A stretch of 64,000 nucleotides of DNA from the NCBI RefSeq assembly GCF_018350175.1, contig NC_058369.1, forward strand, positions 18,974,001 to 19,038,000, given 5' to 3'. A program made the position numbers and the translations under genes. The notes under the pieces were generated by a model, which made no database searches, was not told the origin of the DNA, and saw nothing but the letters and a program-made list of their open reading frames with translations. Source of the DNA: Felis catus (lineage: Eukaryota). Positions 24,829 through 36,779 of the stretch are shown here, piece after piece. Each line of letters begins with the position of its first letter. Positions within the stretch are counted from its first letter, which is position 1.

Positions 24829-24872
24829 ATGTGGGGGGATTCTCGATCTGCTAACAGAACAGGACCTTTTCG
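24829..24872 (+). CDS. RBM6: RBM6 exon 2 coding part (MWGDSRSANRTGPF-R)
   Basis: ATG at 24829; peptide matches the RBM6 N-terminus; donor TCG|GTAAGT; 44 nt, phase 2. Confidence 0.96.
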
Positions 24873-24964
24873 GTAAGTCTTGAAATTTGAACATTGAAAT
24901 TTTGTAATGATGACATTTTTTGGTCTGCCATAAAGGGGAATATTTTCTTTGTACAAAAACAGCT

Positions 24965-24997
24965 CTTGTTTGTTTGTATATTTATTTACAGAGAGCA

Positions 24998-25043
<46 letters not shown>

Positions 25044-25709
25044 AGAGCAGAAGAGAGCTCTCAGTCAGGCTTCATTCATGCCCAGTGCAGAGCCTGACTC
25101 GGGGCTTCATCTCACAACCATGAGATCATGACCTGAGCTGAAACCAAGAGTCAGACATTTAACTGACTCAGCCACCCAGGAACCCCTAGAAATTTTTTAA
25201 ATAGTTTCTGTTATTTTTAAACAACCAGAGCAGCTCAGGTCATGATCTCAGGGCTGTGAGTTCATGCCCCCTTGCTGACAGAACAGAGCCTACCTAGGAT
25301 TCTCTCTCTGTCCCTCCTCCACTCATGCTGGCTCTCTCTGTCTCTCTCTTTCTCTCTGAATAAATAATTAAATAAACAAATAAATAAATAAATAAACAAA
25401 CAAACAAACTTAAAAAAAATTTCTGGTCCTTTCCAAAGTGACTGTGAGGTTGAATACCAAGCTTACCAAGTGTTTTGTGTTTTAGTGCCTTTTTCTTTTT
25501 CTTTTTTTTTTAATGTTTATTTATTTTTGAGAGAAAGAGTGAGTATAGGCAGGGGAGAGCAGAGACAGAGGGAGACACAGAATCCAAAGCAGGCTCCAGG
25601 TTCTGAGCTGTCAGCACAGAGCCCAACTTGGGGCTTGAACCCATGAACTGTGAGATTGTGACTTGAGTTGAAGTCAGACGCTTAATTGGATGAGCCACCC
25701 ACGTGCCCC
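24965..25709. mobile_element. Three Can-SINEs just after exon 2 (- 24965-25187 with (GC)n(AC)n, + partial 25230-25420, - 25490-25709)
   Basis: Heads, microsatellite tracts and tails. Confidence 0.88.
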
Positions 25710-26505
25710 TTAGCACTTTTTTTAAATATTAAAAAATTATCCCCTGATCATTATTTTTCTGTTTCTTTTAATAAAGTAATACATAATGTGGCTAAAAAGG
25801 AAAGCTAGCAAAAACATACGTAAACATTTATATATGTACATAAACATTTTATTAATTTCACTAATTTATGTCTAGAATCCAGAGCTATGTTTTGCCCACA
25901 GCACATTGTGTTTCAGTTACCAAAATAGTTACCAGGAAAAAAAAAATTACTTAATGCAATTTTCTGAGGTACATTTCAATTTTAGGGATTACTGGGTACA
26001 AAGAGAAGTTGAGAAAGTAGTACCATTCAGTTAGTAGTAGATTATATTTTAGATTTGCAGGGAGTTAATTTTTTTATAGCCAATATAATAAATACTGATG
26101 ATTGTATTTTTAAAACCTTTGCATTGTGCTGACGATAAGGTGCCAAAGGAATGTGATTTTTATGGTTTTACTTTGTGTATGGCAAAGAAATCCAACCTTT
26201 AAAATTACACATTAAAAAATATTGATGTTCCCTTGAAACTTCTGTTACTAGTAAATTTTCTTTTGGATTGGCAATCTGCAAAATGTATCATGCAAATTCA
26301 AAAAGTGTTCTCACTATTCTGAAGCTTGGGATTCCAATGAAAAATTTAGGTTGAGAACTGGGTTTCTTAAATCCATATGATATTTAGTAAAGCTAGTGTT
26401 TCATACGTACTAAATGATAGGGGTCTTTCTGCTCAGCGGTCTTTAAATTAAAGCAATGGTGGTGATGCTGGGTATGTTTTTCCTTTTAAAATTTAAGGTG
26501 TGTGT

Positions 26506-26685
26506 CAGTGGTCAGTAAATTATAGACTGCAGCTCACTTTTGTTTTATTGGAACACAGCCATTTGTTTCTGAATTGTCTATGATTGCTTCCATGCCACAA
26601 TGGCAAAGTTGAATAGTTGTGATCAAGACTGCAAAGCCTAATATCAATACTGTCTGGCTCTTTGTGGAAACTTCACCAATCCCTA
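26506..26685. mobile_element. MER58-type hAT DNA transposon
   Basis: gttttattggaacacagcca…ttgtctatgattgcttcca…gttgaatagttgtga…actgtctggctcttt. Confidence 0.75.
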
Positions 26686-28914
26686 ATCTAGATCAGTGGG
26701 CTTATACTTTAACATTTTTAAATATTTAGATTGTAATTTATCCTTTTCTACCCATATTTATGGATGACTGTTTTGTAAATAAGGCTGTTTCTTATACAAA
26801 TTAACCTAATTTAGATTGTTTAGATAAGCCTCAAGAAATGTTGGGTAACCTTAGCTCTATTGCACAACTTAAAAAAAAAAAAGAGTTTTCAGAACATTTT
26901 TCTTTTCACCAATTTATTATTTAAAATTCTATTTCCCCACCTTCATTTTTTTTCCTTCTGTAACCAGAAATCAGTTTTACTAGTTACTTTTTTTTAAAAT
27001 ATGGCATGTATTGTCATATTTCCCCACCTTCATTTTAAATAAGTTATTACATGCTATTTTTAAGATCTTTGACTAAAAGGGAGACATAGTTTATATAGCA
27101 TAAGTTTTTGGAAGACTTATGCTCTGGATTTTAAAAAAGATAATCTTGTAGGAAAATGATTCTTTCATTTTAACTTCTTACGTTTTATCTTATTTGGTTG
27201 AAAATGGCTTTTGTAGTCGCTGCTATTTTACGTTAATAGAACTGTATCTTGCATCAAATACAGTTCTAAGAACCCTAAAGTACGGTAGGGGTAGGTTACT
27301 CTAGATGAATTTGATCTTCCCAACTTAAGAGAGTAAGATAATCTTAGGGCAGTATTCAAAGACAGTGTTAGATGCATTCTGGTCAGAAAACATGTAGATT
27401 TAGATGCCTCAGCACCCATAAGTGTCTACTGAGGCTTACTGTAAGGTAATTATTGGGATTTGATGATTTTAAATAAAACACTAGAGTTAGTGGTAATGCA
27501 TCAGTTTTAGTGCAATACTGTATTATGAAGAACATTTAAACTTGCTCCTCTTATGATGAACCACATAGACATAATTAATGTTAATGGGAGCTAATAGAAA
27601 TCATCATGTTCTGGAAATCCATTAAATATATATCATTCTAATGTTCAGGTTACTGTTGTTGAAGTCCTATTATTTTAAGAAAGGATTTGGCCTTGTAACT
27701 GTTTCTCCTGAACTGAGTGTCCTTCAAGTCTTTCTCTGGTGGTGTAGTCTGTGCTCAGAAGGGTCATATAATAGAACCTATATATTCTGGAAGAAGATAA
27801 CTGATTTGGACTTGATTTCCTAATATAATACTTTTGTTTTACTGCAAAATAGCAGATAACCCTTCAGATATCTAATTGCAGATTTAAATTCCCTTTTACC
27901 AAAGCCAAAGCATGTAAAATGGTCTGATGGTTAGGGAAGATTTGGGTAGAATGAAAGACTAGAGCAGTTCTCATTTATCTCTTGAGTTTTGTAAACTGAG
28001 AATGAATTTAATATTTACTTTGCTTATTTTTTAAATATATTTTATTACTATTAAAAAATAGCATGAGGCATTAGATTCTGGAATATCAGCTTTTGGGACT
28101 TGGAGATAATACTTGAAGGCCTAATGCTCTAAGTCCCTTTCAGCATTAAGCTTCTGGATGCTGTTGCTTGGCTAGGTTGATGTATGAACGCTTCGTGGCA
28201 TGATTTCATGCTGCCTTTTGTTGATACTCTTGGATAGTATTAATATTAGGACCCAGGTGAGAGCGCTTCTAGGTGGAGCCACTGTAGAACTGGATTTTAG
28301 ATACAGCCAGGGCTGATGCTCAGCTGGTATACACTTGTGTTCTCCTGCTGGTGATATACAGCCAGTGTTCTTTCATTTTGGACCTGCATTCATTCTGATC
28401 TAGGTAGTGTCCATGCTGTAGCTGTAATCAAATATTTTGGAATGTTATCCCTGTATGCTGAAATGAGAAAGACACTGCCTAAAATTTACTGTCATACATT
28501 TATGGTGCATTGATTTATTTGATGTATAGGAATCATCATGTTGATCTTGGAATTCTAAGTTCCCTGGCTGTAGGAAATGGAAATTTTTGTAGTGTGTCAC
28601 CATTGCTAGCTTATCTGGTGTTGCGGATTTTCCCTGTTGCAGGACTGGGTGAAAGCTTTTTCTGCAGCAGTCATGTTGAAAACCTTGTGTTGACTTTCCT
28701 CGTGTTCTGAAATGGGAGCATAAAAGTTTACTCCGCCACTTCGTCTTAAAATAGCAAAACATTGCTGTTTTCTGCAGATCTAGGACCTTGTTACAGAACT
28801 CTGCCAAAAAAAAAATGTTTGCAGAAGAATGTGCTGTGATTAGAGAAGAATATGCTGGTGTGTAGATTTCAAACTCTCTGGACAATATGAATAACACTGT
28901 CTTTGTTTCTACAG

Positions 28915-30193
28915 TGGGAGCCAAGAAGAAAGGTTTGCTCCCGGGTGGAACAGGGATTATCCTCCTCCTCCCCTTAAGAGTCATGCTCAAGAGAGACACT
29001 CTGGCAACTTTCCTGGCAGAGATTCACTTCCCTTTGATTTCCAGGGGCATTCGGGGCCTCCCTTTGCAAATGTAGAGGAGCATTCTTTCAGCTATGGCGC
29101 TAGAGACGGACCGCATGGTGACTATCGAGGAGGGGAGGGACCTGGACATGATTTCAGGGGGGGAGATTTTTCATCTTCTGATTTCCAGAACAGAGATTCA
29201 TCACAGTTGGACTTCAGGGGTAGGGACATACATTCTGGGGATTTTCGGGATAGAGAAGGACCACCTATGGACTATAGGGGTGGAGATGGTACTTCTATGG
29301 ATTATAGAGGTAGGGAGACATCTCACATGAACTACAGAGACAGGGATGCTCACACTGTTGACTTCAGAGGTAGGGATGCTCCTTCATCTGACTTCAGGGG
29401 CCGGGGCACTTATGATTTAGATTTTAGAGGCCGGGATGGATCCCATGCAGATTTTAGGGGAAGAGATTTGTCGGATTTGGATTTCAGGGCCAGAGATCAG
29501 TCCCGTTCTGATTTTAGGAATAGAGATGTATCTGATTTGGACTTCAGGGACAAAGACGGAACACAGGTGGACTTTAGAGGCCGAGGTTCAGGTACTAGTG
29601 ATCTAGACTTTAGGGACAGGGATACGCCACATTCAGATTTCAGAGGTAGACACCGGTCCAGGACTGATCAGGATTTTAGGAGCAGAGAGGTGGGACCTTG
29701 TATGGAGTTTAAAGATAGGGAGATGCCCTCTGTGGATCCAAATATTTTGGATTACATACAACCCTCTACACAAGATAGAGAACATTCTGGTATGAACGTG
29801 AACAAGAGAGAAGAATCCACACATGACCATACAACAGAAAGGCCTGCTTTTGGCATTCAGAAAGGAGAATTTGAACATTCAGAAACAAGAGAAGGAGAAA
29901 AACAAGATGTAGCCTTTGAACATGAGTCTTCATCAGACTTTCAGAACAGCGAAAGTCCACTTCAAGACCAAGACAAGTCACAGCTTTCTGGAGGTGAGCA
30001 ACAGAGTTCAGATGCTGGTGTGTTTAAAGAAGAAGGTGGTCTGGACTTTCTTGGCCGGGAAGACACTGATTACAGAAGCATGGAGTACCGTGATGTGGAT
30101 CACAGGCTGCCAGGAAGCCAAATATTTGGCTATGGCCAGAGCAAGTCTTTTCCAGAGGGCAAAACTTCCCGAGATGCCCAACGGGACCTTCAG
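28915..30193 (+). CDS. RBM6: RBM6 exon 3 (1279 nt), decamer-repeat low-complexity region
   Basis: Acceptor TTTCTACAG|T, donor CAG|GTATGT; reads GSQEERFAPGWNRDYPPPP...RDAQRDLQ in frame with exon 2; contains the 331-aa ORF of the track. Confidence 0.98.
29100..29720 (+). repeat. RBM6: Coding tandem repeat, ~30-nt / 10-aa period (xxxxD[F/Y]RGRD), about 20 degenerate units
   Basis: Recurrent GA(C/T)TT(C/T)AG(A/G)GG motif; translation DFRGRD/DYRGGD/DFRDRD at ~10-aa spacing. Confidence 0.9.
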
Positions 30194-30258
30194 GTATGTT
30201 AATGGAGTAGATTGCTTTTCTGCTGGATGAAGTGTAGAGTCCAGGATCCTTGGTCCTG

Positions 30259-30788
30259 GGGGGCTCCTGGCTTGCTCAGTCAGTAGAGCATGTGAATCTT
30301 GATCTCAGGGTTGTAAATTAGAGCCCAGGTTGGATGTAGAGATTATTTAAAAATAAAATCCTTAAAAAAAATAAACCCAAAATGTATATTCAAGAATAGA
30401 ATGTACATCTCTAGAGCAGCTCATGTATCTCTTATTTTGCTTTATGGTGCTGATTGAAATGCATTGGGATAATTTAGTTAGAAAGTATGTCTTTGGGAGT
30501 TGGTTCTCTAAATTCTTGCTAGTCAGGCCTTGTGGCTATTTAGGGAACATTTTCTTTTTTTTTCTTTTTTTTTTTTTTAAAGTTTATTTATTTATTTTGA
30601 AAGAGAGAGCTCATCTGTGCAAGCAAGCAGAGGAGGGGCATAGAGAGGGATAGAGAGAGAGAATCCCAAGCAGGCTCCGTGCCATCAGCTCAGAACCCTA
30701 CCTAGGGCTTGAAGCCACAAACCTGGAGGTCATGACTTGAGCCAGAACCAAGAGTCGGACAGTCAACCGAGTGAGCCACCTAGGCACC
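30259..30788. mobile_element. Short tRNA-derived SINE (+ 30259-30372) and Can-SINE (- 30550-30788) in intron 3
   Basis: Heads and tails visible. Confidence 0.85.
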
Positions 30789-31627
30789 GTAGGGTCCATT
30801 TTTTTGTTTAAACTCATTTAGGATATACAGAATACCTAGGAGTCTTCCTAGTCGTAAGGAAGTGATGGTAATATTGCAGGTATATTCTTACAATTAACTT
30901 AATTAACTTAATTGTTGAATTTCAGTATATATAATATATAATTTAACGTATATAATCTAAGAGAAGAGAGTTATGTTTGCAGTTGGTTAATGCAAATATT
31001 ATCTTTGAAATAGACTTTGCTCATCTGTACTCAGGTTACTGTTATTTTGGACAGTAATCCTAAGACATGCTAACCAAATGGATTTTGAGAATGTTAGAGC
31101 TGATTGACTATATAATTTATCGTTCACGATATTTTCAAGAGTAGAAGACATTGGAGTTAAGGCTTTTGTGAATATGGAAAACGCGTATTTCTCTGAATTG
31201 CACTGTTAAGTTGTATGGTCAGATGACACCTTTTGGTCTTGTTCTGAAATTTGTTTATAGTTGACATCTTTGACAAATGGCATCTGGTTTAAGAATTTTT
31301 TCTATTTTCTCATTCAGGAAAAGAAAATTATGTTTTTGAGAGTATATTTTTTTTCCTTAATTATAAGTCCTGTTCAGTGTTGTTTCTCTTAATGCTCTGC
31401 TTTATATTTCAAGACTCTTCAGTGAGCCTTGGTTTTAGCACACTTATATACTAATGATTTGAAATTAAATTTTGGAACTCAAAAAAATAGAGAAAATTAG
31501 TTTTTCATACCTTATATGATGCAAGTCATTTTGATTTTTGCTCCTAAGAACCTGTATTTTACCTTCACTTTCATTTGCATACTAACATATACTCATTTCT
31601 GAAATAATCTTTTATTGTGGATTCAAG

Positions 31628-31717
31628 GATCAAGATTATAGGACTGGCCCAAGTGAGGAGAAACCAAGCAAGCTTATTCGATTAAGCGGGGTGCCTGAAA
31701 ATGCCACAAAAGAAGAG
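31628..31717 (+). CDS. RBM6: RBM6 exon 4 (90 nt; DQDYRTGPSEEKPSKLIRLSGVPENATKEE), start of RRM1
   Basis: Acceptor TTCAAG|GAT, donor GAG|GTAAGC; phase 0/0; RNP2-like IRLSGV. Confidence 0.96.
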
Positions 31718-32769
31718 GTAAGCCTCTTTCTTCTTTTTCCTTTTTTTTTTCTGTCAATTAAAAAAATGTTTTTTGACTTTGTATTTTGAAAAGTTAATAG
31801 ATTCACAGGAAGGTGCAAAGAAATGTACATGGAAGTTTTGGATGTCCTTCCTGCAGGGTTAACGTCTTGTATAACTACAGGACAATAGCTAAACCAGGAA
31901 ATTGGCTTTGGTACAATCCATAGAACTTATTTAGGTTTCAGCAGTTATACATTCACTCACTGAGGTGGGGTTTGTTAAAAACAAACAAACAAACAAAAAA
32001 TTTTGACAAATAATTGCTGTCCTCGGACCTGATAATCATCCTTTAGGGCATAATCTAAGAGGGAGGATTGGATCGCATACATAAAGAGGCAGTTTATTTA
32101 CAACAGTAAGAACTGGGAGCTGCCTAACTCGTCATTGTTAAAGGACTGGCTGACTAAATTATAGCTGAATTTACAGGGAAATCTGGTCAGAATATTACAA
32201 TAAGAAGAGCAAACTGCTTACTCTGCGCCAGGCATCACGTGACGTCTACACGCATTAGTTCTTTAATTATCACAGTACCTTATGAATAGGTACTCTTTAT
32301 TCATTCCCTCCAAATATTAAGCATATGCTGGGCACTGAATAATATAGCAGTGGATATTGTAAAGTCACTGCCTCCATGGATAATAAAAAAGTAAACAAAA
32401 CCCCATAATTTCAGGTAGTGATAAATGCTCTGAAGATAAATAAAGGTGTAGTGCGTAACTGGGGTAGGGGCTGTTTTCGATCGGGTATTTGGGGAAGACA
32501 TCACTAAGAAAATGACATTTGAGCCAAGCCTGACTGCTGGGAGAGAACAATCCATTTGAAGATGAGGAAAAGAACTGACTAGGTGTGAGGGAGTTAAGTG
32601 CCATGGCCCTCTACTGACTTGAGCCCAGGGCATCATCTTCTCTTTAACAGATGAGAAACTTGGCACTGAAAAGTTACACAGCAAGAGAGCAGGAGAGGCT
32701 TCAAATGTAGGCAATCTGATTTCAAAGCTCAAGTTCTTGACAGTTATGCTCTTTCTGCCTTTTTAGGAA

Positions 32770-33221
32770 TTTTTTTTTAATTTTTTTTTTTAACGTTTAT
32801 TTATTTTTGAGACAGAGAGAGACAGAGCATGAATGGGGGAGGGGCAGAGAGAGAGGGAGACACAGAATCGGAAGCAGGCTCCAGGCTCTGAGCCATCAGC
32901 CCAGAGCCCAACGTGGGGCTCGAACTCACAGACCACGAGATCGTGACCTGAGCTGAAGTCGGCCGCCCAACCGACTGAGCCACCCAGGCGCCCCAGGAAT
33001 TAAAAAAAATTTTTTTTTCAACGTTTATTTATTTTTGGGACAGAGAGAGACAGAGCATGAACGGGGGAGGGGCAGAGAGAGAGGGAGACACAGAATCAGA
33101 AACAGGCTCCAGGCTCTGAGCCATCAGCCCAGAGCCCAACGCGGGGCTCGAACTCCCGTACCGCGAGATCGTGACCTGGCTGAAGTCGGACGCTTAACCG
33201 ACTGCGCCACCCAGGCGCCCC
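32770..33221 (-). mobile_element. Two tandem young felid SINEs (32770-32994, 33009-33221)
   Basis: CpG-intact bodies; AGGAATT target present three times. Confidence 0.94.
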
Positions 33222-33410
33222 AAGGAATTTTTTAATAATTATGTTCTACTCATTAACAGTTTTGAGTGCCTAGAGTATGCATGGGTTAATTTTGCCTTTA
33301 TAAAGTAATGATTGCTTTAAATTATATAGAATAAAAACAAAAAGGGAAAGTTAAATATTCAGTGTTAGATAATGATTTGTGTCATTAGTGTAAACACCGT
33401 ATTCTTGCAG

Positions 33411-33480
33411 ATTCTTAATGCCTTTCGGACTCCTGATGGCACGCCTGTAAAGGACTTGCAGTTGAAGGAGTATAACACAG
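33411..33480 (+). CDS. RBM6: RBM6 exon 5 (70 nt; ILNAFRTPDGTPVKDLQLKEYNT-G)
   Basis: Acceptor TTCTTGCAG|ATT, donor CAG|GTGAGT; phase 0/1. Confidence 0.96.
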
Positions 33481-34331
33481 GTGAGTTTCTGGACATGCAT
33501 GTGGCCTTGGGTTAGGAAGGGTATTTGTCAGATCTCTGCATCATGTGCTACTCAAAATTTTTTTAAGAAACCACAGTTAAGATTTCCAGAAGCCTCCTGT
33601 TGATGTCTTCAAATAACAGCCAGCTTTAGTCTTAGCTGTGGTTCTTTGTGGCTGTTTGTCCACACATGGGCGATGAGGATGCATTGTTCCAGTTCTTCTG
33701 GGTGCCTATGAGATCTAAAGTGAGTGTTGTAGCATTTACCCCTGAATATATTTTATATAATCATTAAACTTGCTATTTATGTTCTTCATGGTGGTGGTGT
33801 TTTTATGTATGAGCCCATAGGATTTAATAAACTTACTGTATTTAAAAATTTATATTTCATTGCTTCAGCATGACATTTACAACTTTCCAGAGAAATTGTA
33901 CAAATTAGTGGTTTCTTGAATTTTCAGTCTTGCTCTGAGAATGAAGTCCTGCAACAGCTGTTTTGTTGAAATTCATGGATAGATCCAGAAGAGCTTTCTC
34001 TTTGACCTCTGCTCTGTGGTCTGAACTGCAGATTAAACTTTTCATAATATCCTCCTAGTGTCTTAGAGTGCCAAGTTTGGTCAGTTCCTTCAAATCTTAA
34101 TACATTACAGAAAAAGTGGAAGTGAAATGTTAGGCATTCAAGGTATCGACTGATATTTTTAGGTTACATAATATGAAATGATTTAAATATGAAAGTAATC
34201 TTTAAGTGATGTCTTTTGCAGAATTTTCAATTGAAGAAAGTAGACCATTAATCTATTTACAGAATTTTAGTAATCCAAATTTAAGAACTCTTCAAGAAAG
34301 AGTATGCTGTGTTTTGAGGATATAGTTTACC

Positions 34332-34554
34332 TTTTTTTTTTTTTTTTTTTTCAACGTTTATTTATTTTTGGGACAGAGAGAGACAGAGCATGAACGGGGG
34401 AGGGGCAGAGAGAGAGGGAGACACAGAATCGGAAACAGGCTCCAGGCTCTGAGCCATCAGCCCAGAGCCTGACGCGGGGCTCGAACTCACGGACCGCGAG
34501 ATCGTGACCTGGCTGAAGTCGGACGCTTAACTGACTGCGCCACCCAGGCGCCCC
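34332..34554 (-). mobile_element. Young felid SINE (SINEC_Fc type)
   Basis: TSD TATAGTTTAC. Confidence 0.95.
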
Positions 34555-35394
34555 TATAGTTTACTTCTAAACAATTTACATGCAATAAATTTTTCATGTT
34601 AACTAGGTAGCTGCTTTTTCAGTTTGGTTCCGCAGAGGGAAACTATCCATAAAAATAAATTTTTGTGCTTGAAATAATTTGATATTTGTGTCATGTCTAG
34701 AAATAGTTGGTCTGTAAATTGAGAATAAACTCAGAAACATTATTTTTTAGAAAGCTAATTATTTTTTTTTTTTAAAAGCATCAATTCTGAATTTGTGGAG
34801 ACAGAAGAGTAGTTATGTTCTTACACATTCACACATTCACGTCTTTGTGTGTGTGTGCGCATGCGCATGTCTCATACACACTTTATTCATTCACTATTAT
34901 CTTTAGGAACTAAAAGAATTTATAGGCTGCAGTTATTTTTCAACTGACAGCAGTAACCTCAGCTTTGGTCTTGTTTCCTTAATTGTGTTTTCGTTAAGCA
35001 TTGGTATATTTGGAAAGGAGATGTCTTGATGTTTAAATAGCAATTTAAACTCTTCATTTCTTTAGTACTGACTGAATTTATATATTGTCAGATTTGTTAG
35101 CAGAGTAATGCTTATATTAATGTATAAGATCTATAGAAGTTCTTAAATTTGCTTACTGTAGTAGCTGTTAGAGTAATAATTGGCAGATGTAAGACATTAA
35201 TTAATACTCATGTAAAATGATTTAAGACAGTGGTTAAAAAAAGTCACCTTTCAGGAAATACACTCTCTTCTTGGCATTTTATTATATGAAGTAATGATGT
35301 ATTAAAAGTAGATACATGGTTCTTTTTTTTTTTTAAATGAGGTAATTGGATTATTAGTCCCATGTTATCCACTTCTTCATGGCAAGTAGAATGA

Positions 35395-35932
35395 AATTTT
35401 GAAAATACCTGTCAGATCATGTTATTACCATGCCAGAAATCGTCTAAAGGTTTTCCATCTCACTTGCAAGAAATTTGCAACTCCTTGTTCTGACTTATAG
35501 AATCCTGCATGAGCTGGCCCTTAGCTGTTTGACCTCATCCCGTACTGCTCTCCACCTTTCTTATTATGCTCTAGCCACACAGCCTTTCTCTAGGCTTGAC
35601 CAAATACAGACTTCTTTCTCTGTCAGGGCCCTTGCACTGTTCTCCCCTCTGATCCTCACTTGTCTTCTGGGATTTAGTTCATGGCTTCAGTTTCACCTCT
35701 CAGGGGCTTGCCTCACTGTCTACTCCAAAATCACTCCTTAGTTATTTTCATCATATCCTGGTTTGTTGTCATAGGATCTATCACTTTTATTTTCCAGTGG
35801 TTTTGTGTGTCTTATTCCTCCCACTAGAAAGTTCCATGACAGCAGGAGCCTTGTCTGTCTTGTTCCCTCCTGTTACACTTGCCCACTGTGTCTGGCACTG
35901 ATGCGTTCTCAGTATGCATGGAATGAGTGAGT
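35395..35932 (+). mobile_element. L2 3' fragment
   Basis: tcagatcatgtt…cagggcccttgcactg…ccactagaaagttccatgacagcagg…gaatgagtga. Confidence 0.8.
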
Positions 35933-36343
35933 ATCTGTGAAGTATATAGAGAGCAGCTATGATCTCCTCTCAGGTGATCAACAGTAAAGGGTCATTTAGG
36001 TTCCATAGCAATGCAGTCTTATATCTGCTGAAGAATATGCCTTGGAGCAATCAGATGTTTTAAGAACTTTAACAGTTGCTTGTTAAAAGACTGTATGTGT
36101 ATTTTAGCAGAAAAGGTGACTTTTATGAATGGCAGTTAGTTTTTTTAGGTTGTGTGATAACCTGCAATGATCTTGTGGGATGGACATTGCTCATAAGGGG
36201 ACTGTAGGGTAGAGTTGGTCCTTTTCACTGGTGTAATGGGGCGGGGGCGGGGGGGCAGTCTGTAACAGAAAAAAAGATTAATGCCTGCTCACTGACTTTA
36301 GTAATTATCAATTTAACTTTTGTTTCATTTAGAGCTGTGTAAG

Positions 36344-36662
36344 TACAGGGCTACAAGTTTTATCCAAAATCTGTGGGATCAAAAGTCAAAATTATAACTT
36401 TTTCTGAATATAGAAAGATAATGTGGTACGTAGATCATATATGAATTCTATCCCCCAGTGGGATGTATATCAAGCATACTAATACTTCAAAATATATGAA
36501 TATTCTCACTAAGGGGACTGACTAAAGACAGTAAAGGACTCAGTATAGTTCTGGTCAGGATTTGTTTCCAAATGACTTCACATGACCTGAAAATTTACCA
36601 AAAACCTTGATATTTAAGAGATTTTGGGCTTTTAGAATTGCAGATACGAATTGTGAACCTAC
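36344..36662. mobile_element. MER46C-like Tigger-family element
   Basis: TA|CAGG…ttatccaaaat… and …tttagaattgcagatacgaattgtgaacct ends. Confidence 0.6.
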
Positions 36663-36779
36663 ATAATGTTGTGTATATCTGAGGTTTTTTGCCATTTGTA
36701 AATATGTTATAACCCCATTAGTTGTAAATTACCTTGAGTAACATTACACTCCTGGAAAAAGTATCAGGAGTGACATGTG

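Noticed and set aside
27553..27610. ATGATGA box C-like motif (intronic C/D snoRNA)
   Set aside because: No CTGA D box with a terminal stem at a suitable distance
28445..28999. 184-aa antisense ORF across the exon 3 acceptor
   Set aside because: No recognisable domain, promoter or splice context; cannot be separated from chance without codon-conservation analysis
28887..30230. Alternative-frame ORFs within exon 3 (62, 78 and 104 aa)
   Set aside because: Short and stop-interrupted; off-frame ATGs arise from abundant GAT/CAT/TAT-G codon pairs
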